From the human T2T-CHM13v2.0 reference genome, Homo sapiens, in assembly GCF_009914755.1 (NCBI RefSeq), contig NC_060929.1: a stretch of 64,000 nt of DNA; one strand, 5' to 3'. Below are positions 52,505-64,000 of the stretch, one piece after another. The notes under the pieces were generated by a model. That model did no database searches. It was not told where the DNA came from and saw only the letters and a program-made list of their open reading frames with translations. Position 1 is the stretch's first letter. Each line of letters starts with the position of its first letter. Made by a program: the position numbers and the translations under genes.

Positions 52505-53285
52505 GTCTTTGACCTATGTCCTGGAACACAGCTCCTAGAACCCTTGGAATCTTCAAAGTGCTAAATGTCTTCTGTACACTAATAAGATGACTGGTGGCTC
52601 CTGGATGGACTCAGGATGGGGGTTGGTTGCCTGGGGAACCAACCTCATGATTAGAGGGCTAATGTTTTTAGCCCCGCTTCCTGAACTCCAGGGAGAAAAG
52701 AGGAGCTGAAGGTTGAGTCCGTCACCAATGACCAATGATGTAATCAATCATGCCTATGTAATGAAACCTCCATAAAGCCCTAAAAGGACAGAGTTCGTAG
52801 AACTTCTGGGTGGGTGAACGCATGGAGCTGCCCGGAGGATGGTGCCCGGAGAGGGCATGCAAGCTCTGTGTGCTCCTCACATCCCTTGCCTTACGGATCT
52901 CTTCCATTTGGCTGTTCCTGAGTCGTATCCTCTATAGCAAAAGGGAAAACATAAGTAAAGTGTTTCTCTGAGCTCTGTGAACCATTCTAGCTAACAACTG
53001 GACCCAAGGCAGGTGGGGGGAGGCATGGAAACCCACAACTTATAGCCAGTCATTAGAAGCTGAGGTGACAACCTGGACTTGGGACTGGTGTCTGAAGTGG
53101 GGGCAGTCTTGTTGGACTGAGCCATCAACCTGTAGAATCTGATGCTGACTCCAGGTCAACTGTGTCAGAATTGAGTTGTGCACACGGAATTGAAGAATTG
53201 CTTGTGGAAAATCCCCCACATGCCTAGTGCCAGAAGTGAAGTGTCGTGAGTATAGAGAAGAAACAGCACTAGCTTTTCTAATTCA
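52447..53285 (+). mobile_element. MER21-like solo LTR with (CA)n, inserted in a MIR
   Basis: tgtgacataagaaata..ggtctttg..cagctcctagaacccttggaat...aatcaatcatgcctatgtaatgaaacctccataaa; TSD GCATC at 52442-52446 and 53286-53290. Confidence 0.85.
52461..52499. repeat. perfect (AC)n microsatellite, ~19 units
   Basis: direct reading. Confidence 0.95.
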
Positions 53286-54163
53286 GCATCACAGGAGGTA
53301 ATTTTCATAACACACGCAGCACCATCTCTAGAACATATGTGCTCAAAGAATGGCTTCTAGTTATTAATTGTTAAGAGGGTCAAGTTCCCAGAAATTCCTC
53401 CACCGTGCTCTGATAGAAAACAATCCCAGTAATGTTTTATCAAGTGGGCAACTATCGTAACTGCCACATTTTTGTCCAGGCCCATTAGTGTAACATACAA
53501 GTGAAGTCTCATTTAAGGAATATGTTTTTCTCTTGGTTCTCTAGAAAAACTGGGCAAATTATATTCAGATTTTTTAAAATTTAGAAAATTTTATAATATA
53601 TACAATTTTAAAGGTCCCCTTTAAATCACAAAAATCATAATGCAAAGAGTTTTGGGTTAGGGCAGTGAGACATCATGTAATGTCTATATTCATAAAATTG
53701 TTTTGCACAAATAAATTATTAAAAGGAGACCGGATACAATGCTGGAGACTGACCAGTCCACCTACTTTTGCATTTTTGCACTGCTGACTTACAGGCTGCT
53801 ACTCATGAGCAAAGAGCAGCATCTTCATATATGAAGGGCATGATCACAATATAACACAACAAAAACATAAAAAATGGATATTTATTTGAATTAGAAGGTA
53901 TTCAGGTTTCTTTTAAATATGTTTTTTAGAAATGATCTGGTCCAAACTCCTATTTTAGAGAAACTGAGGACAAAGGTAAGATGATTTACCCAAGGTCAAA
54001 CACCTAATGGCCAACATAATAAAAATTATAGGTCTTTACATTATCATTATTGATAGCAGATTCAGACAATAGTGTGGATTTATATTTCTAATATCCAGCC
54101 TCCAAGTCTAACAAGATAATCTGTATCATATCGAAAACTACCAAATTATAAAATGACACTACC

Positions 54164-56401
54164 TGACATGGTTTGGCTGTGTCCCCACCTAAATCTCATC
54201 TTGAATTGTAGCTCCCATAATCCCCATGTGTTGTGGGAGGGACCAGGTGAGAGAGAACTGAATCATGGGGGTGGTTTCCCCCATACTGTTCTTGTGGTAG
54301 TAAATAAGTCTCATGAGATCTAATGGTTTTATAAGGGGAAATTCCTTTCACTTGGTTCTCATTCTGTCTCTTGCCTGCTGCCAACATAAGACCTGCCTTT
54401 CACCTTCTGCCATGATTGGAACCGTGAGTCCATTAAACCTCTTTTTCTTTATAAATTACCCATCTTGGGTTTGTCTTTATCAGCAGCATGAAAACAGACT
54501 AATACAGTAAATTGGTACTGGTAGAGTGGGGTGCTGCTGTAAAGATACCTGAAAATGTGGAAGCGACTTTGGAACTGGGTAAGAGGCAGAGGTTGGAACA
54601 GTTTGGAGGGCTCAGAAGAAGACAGGAAAAGGCAGGAAAGTTTGGAACTTCCTAGAGACTTGTTGAATGGCTTTGACTAAAATGCCAACAATGATATAGA
54701 CAATGAAATCCAGGCTGAGGTGGTCTCAGATGGAGATGAGGTACTTGTTGGCAACTGGGGTAAATGTGACTCTTGCTATGTTTTAGCAAAGAGACTGGTA
54801 GCATTTTCCTGCTGCCCTAGAGATTTATGGAACTTTGAACTTGAGGGAGATGATTTAGGGTCTCTGGAGGAAGAAATTTCTAAGCAGCAAAGCATTCAAG
54901 AGGTGACTTGGGTGCTGTTAAAAGCATTCAGTTTTAAAAGGGAAACAGAGCATAAAGGTTCAGAAAATTTGCAGCCTGACTACTCAATAGAAAAGAAAAC
55001 CCATTTTCTGAGGAGAAATTCAAGCCAGCTGCAGAAAGTTGCATAAGTAACGAGGAGCCAAATGTTAATCAGCAAGACAATAGGGAAAATGTCTCAAGAG
55101 CATGTCAGAGACCTTTGGAGAGCAGCCCCTCCCATCATAGGCCTAGAAGCCTAGGAGGAAAAAATGGTTTCCTGGGCCAGGCCTAAGACCCCCATGATGT
55201 GTGCAGTCTAGGGACTTGGTGCCCTGTGTCCCAGCCACTCTAGCCATGGCTAAAAGAAGCCAAGGTACAGCTTGGGCCATGGCTTCAGAGGGTGCAAGCC
55301 CCAAGCTTTGGGAGCTTCCACATGGCATTGAGCCTGCAGGTGTACAGAAATCAAGAATTGAGGTTTGGGAACCTCCACGTAGACTTCAGAAGATGTATGG
55401 AAATGCCTAGATGTTCAGGCAGAAATTTGCTGCAGGAGTGTGGCCCTCATGGAAAACCTCTGCTAGGGCTGTGCAGAAGGGAAATGTGGGGTGTGAGCCC
55501 CCACATGGAGTCCCCACTGGGGCACTGTCTGGTGGAGCTGTGAGAAGAGAGCCAATATCCTCCAGACCCCAGAATGGTAAATCCACTGACAGCTTGCACT
55601 GTGTACCTGAAAAAGCCGCAAACACTCAACACCAGCCCATGACAGCAGTCAAGAGTGGGGCTATACCCTGCAAAGCCACAGGGAAAGAGCCGACCAAGGC
55701 CATGGGAACCCACCTCTTGCATCAGCGTGACCTGGATGTGAGACATGAAGTCAAAGGAGATCATTTTGGAGCTTCAAGATTTGACTACCCCACTGGATTC
55801 TGGACTTGCATGGGGTCTGTAGCCCCTTTGTTTCAGCTTTTTTCTCCCATTTGGAACGGCTGTATTTACCCAATGCCTGTACCCACATTGTATCTAGGAA
55901 GTAACTAACTAGCTTTTGATTTTAAGGCTCATAGGTGAAATGGACTTGCCTTGTCTCAGATGAGACTTTGAACTGTGGACTTTTGATTTAATGCTGAAAT
56001 CAGTTAAGACTTTGGGGGACTGTTGGGAAGGCATGATTGGTTTTGAAATCTGAGGGCATGAGATTTGGGAGTGGGCAGTGGTGGAATGATCTGATTTAGC
56101 TGTGTCCCTACCTAAATCTCATCTTGAATTATAGCTCCCATAATCCTCATGTGTTGTGGGAAGGACTTGGTGGGAGATAACTGAATCATGGAGGTGGTTT
56201 CCCCCATACTGTTCTTGTGATAGTGACTAAGTCTCATGGGAGCCGATGGTTTTATAAGGGGAAACCCCTTTTGCTTGGTTCTCATTCTGTCTCTCGCCTC
56301 CCCAGCCACATGGAACTGTGAGTCCATTAAACCTCTTTTTCGTCGTAAATTACCCAGTCTCAGGTATGTCTTCATCAGGAGTGTGAAAACAGACTAATAC
56401 G
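54164..56401 (+). mobile_element. Full-length THE1 (C-like) MaLR: 5' LTR 54164-54506, internal 54507-56086, 3' LTR 56087-56401
   Basis: two direct LTRs (tga..tgg/ttt.gctgtgtccc..cctaaatctcatcttgaatt...aaaacagactaatac); THE1-int start gtaaattggtac; purine tract before the 3' LTR; MaLR-int ORF remnants (54720-55046, 55411-55908). Confidence 0.95.
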
Positions 56402-56989
56402 TAACCAGAAAGCATGAATTTTATGGTACTCATGATAGGAAATTGCTAATACATTGCCAATACCACTAGTAAACTGAAGACCAAGAAATGCATGATATAT
56501 TCAAAATAAACTTGGCTCCAGCAGACCTACTATTTTTTCCCAAAATCACCAGTAGATGCCATGATCTATAGAAAGCTCTGTATACATTGGATTGACAATA
56601 TTCATTGTAACATAATTTTTTTCAGCATTGGAGAGTAGAGGATATTTCCATTCTAAAGGATGCAATCTATATCTCAGATTTGTTCACTATTTCAATAGTG
56701 TTCAATAACAACCATAATTAATATTGACTAGTGATCACACGAAAAGTATGACCAAAGTTCGGCAGAATACTCCTGAACATACTGAAGAGACTCAATGTTA
56801 TTATTGTTCGACTTTAAAAACTAGGATTTTACATAGTCTTATTAGATCAAAGGCTACCTTCCCTAAATGAAACATGCATACATGGCAAAAACCACAATGA
56901 CTTTTGCAGGAAGCTAATATTTGAATAAGGCTATTAAAGGAGAATAATTGAAGAATGACACTTCTTAGAATCTCAACACTATAGTGCCT

Positions 56990-57575
56990 TTTAAAAAAAA
57001 TGTAACACAGTATTTTTATTGAAAGATAATATTTATAGATATATATGGGGCATGTATTTTGACACATGCATACAATGTGTAATGAAGAAATCATGATATT
57101 TAGGATATCCATTACCTCCAATATTTATCACTTCTTTGTTTTGGGAACTTTCCAAATCTTCTATTTTGAAATATACAATATATTGCTGTTAAGTACAGTC
57201 TCCCTACTGTGCTATTGAACACTAGATCTTATTTCTTCTATCTAACTGTATGTTTGTACCCAAACCTATCTCTTTGGGAGGAAACTCACCTCTTTTCAAC
57301 TCCCTCCCCACCTTTCTAAGCGTCTGGTATCTACCATTCCACTCTCTACCTCTATGAGATCAACTTTTTCTAGCTCCCCCATATGATTGCGAAAATGTGA
57401 TATTTGTCTTTCTGTGCCTGGCTTATTTCAGTTAAAATAATAACCTTCAGTTCCTTCCATGTTGCTGCAAATGACAAGATTTCATTTTTTTATGGCTGAA
57501 TAATATTCTACATTTTCTTTATTCATCTGTTTACAGACACTTAGGTTGATTACATATCTTAGCTACTGTCAACAC
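56990..57575 (-). mobile_element. L1MA-type 3' end
   Basis: tgacacatgcatacaatgtgtaatga...ccctactgtgctattgaacactaga..tttgtctttctgtgcctggcttatttca..ccatgttgctgcaaatgacaagatttc. Confidence 0.9.
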
Positions 57576-58018
57576 CAGGATATCTTTGGGAAACTGTTAA
57601 TACAATCCTCCTTCTTAATTCTAATATTTTATATCGAGAGTATTTTATTTTCAAAAGAAGGCAATGGTCTTACTTTTCACAGAGCTAGTTTATAATGTAA
57701 CAATTTAAAGTAACAGAAACCTTGGCTTTAAGATGAAAACTGCGATTACAAAACTAAAGAAAAAATACAGAAGTCTAAAATCTGAAATTTTTGAGTTTCA
57801 TTTTTGCAGAGATTATGTTTGCAGGTAAATTGCCAACATGTCCTAAATGTTTTTATCTTTTTCTTACTTCCAGCTTGTCTATCTCCCAGAAAGCAGCATT
57901 ACCCTTGGTGCAGTGGTAATCTTCCCTTTTTGTCTAGAATCACTCGATAGCCCAACCAGTAGGATCAGAGGATCCACTGCCTGTGTGTAACAAGGGTTGA
58001 TATTCTTAGAAGCTTTAC

Positions 58019-58163
<145 letters not shown>

Positions 58164-58966
58164 TAATCAAGAAGAAACGGCTACCATAATTATTAATATA
58201 GAATGAAATATAGTATAGTTTTTGTATTTTTCCACTGATTAAATTTACTTTGATTATTTGGATGGTTGTTTAAGAATTAAGAACTTGTGATGTGGAATCA
58301 AAAACCATTTACCTAAGTTCTTCTACTTGATGGTATTTACTTACAGCATTTAACTGCACATCGTGTGTCAGGCTGCTACGATTATTTCATCTTTTTGCGG
58401 TAAAAAAAAAATGTCTTGCCTTCAGTGAGGTTCAGGAATTAAATCATGAATCTTGACTGCAGTATCATTTGTAACGGAAGCTGAGGGACTTTGTAAAGGG
58501 CATTTTGCAAGAAGAATAACTTAAAATGAAGTATCGAGCCAATTTACGTAAGATAAAATTTGTGAGTCTAATTTAAACCATTATTTTGTAATAAGTGCCT
58601 TCTCAGTCCTTAATTCGTCAATTTCCTTCATAACCCTTGCCCTAGATATGCACTTAGCACCACTTCTGTGCGTCCGTGAATCTCACATTGTGGGTGCTGG
58701 CTTCCTTCTCAGCTGAGGACGACTGTCAAGTGAGCCTGATATCACAGCCTCATCAGTTTATGAGAAAAGAATGAACTCATCAATAAATTTGAATCAAGAG
58801 TCCTGGAAGGTGGAAGAAAGGATAGAAGCAACAGTGCGCAAGGATAATTTTTATTTTAGCGTAGCATATTCAGAAAGCTTCCATGGTAGCAAGCATCTGG
58901 TACTTTTAATACATTGAGTAAGAGGGAAGGAATAAAAAGATGTACACAAATTTTGCACCAGTTTAA

Positions 58967-59362
<396 letters not shown>

Positions 59363-60963
59363 TGAGGTAGAGAATCATTAGCAGTGAGATGGCAAACGTT
59401 TAGTGGCATGATTCTAGCCTTTGGAACATGAATGTACTTATTTATGACCACCAGAAGATACACTGCAGGTAACAAAGAAAATCATGCTCTTTTTGTTTAC
59501 CAAATCACCAAGTCAATGAATAGTATTCTTGAACTTATTAACAGTATCCTCAAATGAAGCATTTCAATCACACAAGGCTTTCCGTCTGTCTGTCTAACTC
59601 TGTACAGGCACAAAATTGAATCAATTTCTGTGAAATCAAACTGACCACACTTCAGTGCCAGGGCCCAAGGGATTCTCTCTCCCCAGGAAATAGACAGCAT
59701 CCACTACACTACCTCCAATCCCATGCTCTATCTAACAAGGAGTTGAGATTGCACAGTTTTCCATGCCTACAATTTCATCAAACAACTCTGAATATTTCAA
59801 ATAGCTTAGTTCAGTGTTACCCCCACCCTCTAATTGCAGAGAATTGTTATTACAAGTGATTTAGAAAATCGTTTCTGCTACTATATGAACTTCTAAAAAA
59901 AGAAATGCTGTGCTATTGGTTTCACTCTGTCTACTTTGACAGAGTAAAAAGATGCCATAGTGACTTTAGAAAAATTAATCTTAGGCTACTGGGATTAAAA
60001 AAAAAAAGTAAAAGCTGCTATTTGCCTACCAAGCATGATGGCACTACATTTTGGAATATCTGGAAAGAATGCAAAGATCTATCATACAATGATGAACAGC
60101 TGCATAAAAATATCTAAACCTACAAATGAACGTTTAAGAAATGGGATTTGGGGAAAATGCATGAACAGCATCTTTATAATAGAAGTTGCTTTCTCTGAAA
60201 CAGTCCCTCCATCCCATGTATGGTCAGAGAGTGGGAGGTGCTAAGACTTATTTCAAGTACAGGGAATAAAAACTCAAAGAGAAGAGTAAACGCTGCCCAG
60301 ATGAGACATTTCAAAAGGACAGAGATAATGGGAGGGAATTTAACACTAATATAAATCATGCTGGAGATTTTAATTTTAGAGCTATTACTTAAGTGACAAG
60401 TTGGAAACACACTGAGAAGGACAAACACACCGATACTGCAGTAGTAACTGCAGCAGGAATTTTACTGATTAGCAAGAAGAGGAAGAGAATAGATGAGTTT
60501 GGCAGTAGCTCTATCTGAGAAGAACAACCTAACTCCACACACAGAGGAGGGGGTCTAGCTAAGCACCAGGATTGCTCTGGAAATTTTTCACATTGATTTT
60601 CTTCGATACAGAGATAAATAAAATATGACTGAATTGGCTGTGCTATAATAGGGTTCATTTGGGATGCTGTGAATTATTCATTCTTATCTATCCATTCGGC
60701 ATGTTTTCACTAACCTTTTACAGCCATCTGATAAAATGGTGCAAACTTTTCTTAAATTGATTCATTTGGGTAGACATGTTTAAGGACCAGCTTCCTTCTT
60801 TGCACTCCTGAACTAACTTTCATTTACACCTCTGGAGAAAAACAGCACACATGTAGGTAATGATTTGCAAAGCAACATTTGGTCTTGAGCCTACAGGAAG
60901 GCCTCACAGGAAGGCAACAGGCCCAACAGAAGTTGGTGACTGCTTTATTTAAATTCACCTGTC

Positions 60964-61090
60964 AGCTGGTTGTGGTGGCACACACCTGTAATCCCAGCTA
61001 CGCAGGAGGCCAAGGTGGGAGGATGGCTTGAGCCCAGGAGATTGAGACAAGCCTGGGCAACATAGCAAGACCCAATCTCAAAAAAAGGCA
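60964..61090 (+). mobile_element. FLAM-type Alu monomer
   Basis: single monomer with A tail; flanks aattcacctgtc / aattcaactgtc. Confidence 0.85.
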
Positions 61091-61169
61091 AAAACAATTC
61101 AACTGTCTTCCAAAATAACCTACGACATAAAATTTACTCGCTTATCCTATAGTAACTTAGTGTTCAATT

Positions 61170-62734
<1,565 letters not shown>

Positions 62735-63504
62735 AGTCAAGAAAGAGAAGAAACAACTGAGGAACAAAAGCTCTGAGCTTCCAACAGAGCTGAGCTCTGG
62801 AGCAGGAATAGAAGGATGTACCCTGAGGAGGCTGGCATTTCCTCTCTGGTACCTCATCTGGTACCTCCAGATGCCTCTCTGGGAGAGACATCACCCAGGG
62901 ACCACAGCCCTGACATGCTCCACAAGGGATCTTTCAGGAAGAAAAAACATTTTAATTTTTCAAAATCTCCAGAGCCATGATAATTGGAAGCCTTATAGGT
63001 TTTAAGATGTTTAAAAAAAAATGCCTATTCATGAACACTATATGTTTTGGGATGCTGAGGTCCTATCAGCTAACAAAACAACTATGTTTACTGATTTGCT
63101 GACAATACCATTTAAGAGCCCTCAAATTATTCCTCTAAGGCAAAAAACCCCCCAAGGCTCTGTGTTTTATTATTTCTATTTATAGTAGTAAAAACTCAAT
63201 CCACAGATTCAAATAAACAATGCAGAATGCAATGAAGTCAAATGAATGCGCTTAAAATGCATTACTAAATAACCCTTCACAAACGAATTCCCATAGGCTT
63301 TATGTCTGTACATATGCCGCTAAGTGCTTACTTAACTCAAGGACACTCCCATCCCAGCAGACAGTCCAAGGACATGAGCAGAGGCCTGTATCTGTGCAGC
63401 AGGCCAGGAACAGCCCGGAGCCAGAGGGGTCTCCTAAAGAGTTTCTGAGAATGGGACTGTATCTGGTTTCTGGAAGTTAATGTTGGAAATGTAAAGCTTC
63501 ACAG

Positions 63505-63985
63505 AAGCATTTGCTCCTTCTTTAACAAATATGTACTGGATATCTACCATGTGCCAGCCATGGCTCTAAGTGCTGAGAACATTGCATAATAAAACAATCC
63601 TTGCCCAGAATGAGCTTCCACTCAAGATGACTGAAAGAGTGAATCAACAGAAAAGGGCAGTCAATGCATGCCTGGAAAGTGTTAACTTCTCACCCGCTTC
63701 ATGGCTACCTCCCCTGTACAAGTCTCACTTAGATTGCTACCATAGCCCCCTCTACCTAGTCATTCAACTTCCACTTGGCCCCTCTAGGGTCTCTTCTCCA
63801 CAGAGCAGCCAGACAGTTGCTCTTCAATTATTAAGTCATATCTTGCTAAAGCTCTGCTTCACACGCTCAGATGGCTTTCCAACTTATATTTACAATGGAT
63901 ATTCTGAACAAAATGTAAACTTACATTCACACCTTACAAGGCTCCACCACTCTCTGACTTCATAACCTGTCACTTTCCCTGGGGT
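63505..63985. mobile_element. L2 fragments
   Basis: tttaacaaatatgtact..ctaccatgtgccag (minus 3' end); tctccacagagcagccaga..aagtcatatc (plus body). Confidence 0.55.
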
Positions 63986-64000
63986 AGACTGCAAAACTGG

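Noticed and set aside
54720-55908. Several 60-165 aa ORFs
   Set aside because: Fragments of the THE1 internal region broken by stops and frameshifts

Overview
Primate (very likely human) genomic DNA, AT-rich and dense in Alu, L1, L2, MIR, LTR and hAT remnants. The only protein-coding content I can support is the last two exons of the membrane RING-CH E3 ligase gene MARCHF11 (MARCH11) on the minus strand. The two-transmembrane exon lies at 34241-34433 (193 nt). The terminal coding exon lies at 10840-11162 and ends ...VVMRVTSV-stop. They join in frame across a ~23 kb GT-AG intron. The upstream RING-CH exon(s) lie beyond position 64000, so 34434-64000 is intron and roughly 1-10200 is downstream flank. 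Almost all other ORF-track entries are repeat-derived or chance. I found no convincing novel multi-gene system. The best leads are non-coding: a decayed ~0.95 kb inverted repeat 1.7 kb upstream of the TM exon, beside a tight POU+FOX motif cluster; a tandem STAT-site palindrome; a 231-codon non-repeat intronic ORF; a recursive-splice-like AG|GTAAGT on the antisense strand; local complex duplications; and an LTR cluster including a full-length THE1 element. Repeat subfamily names come from recalled consensus sequences, not a search, and many repeat boundaries are approximate.
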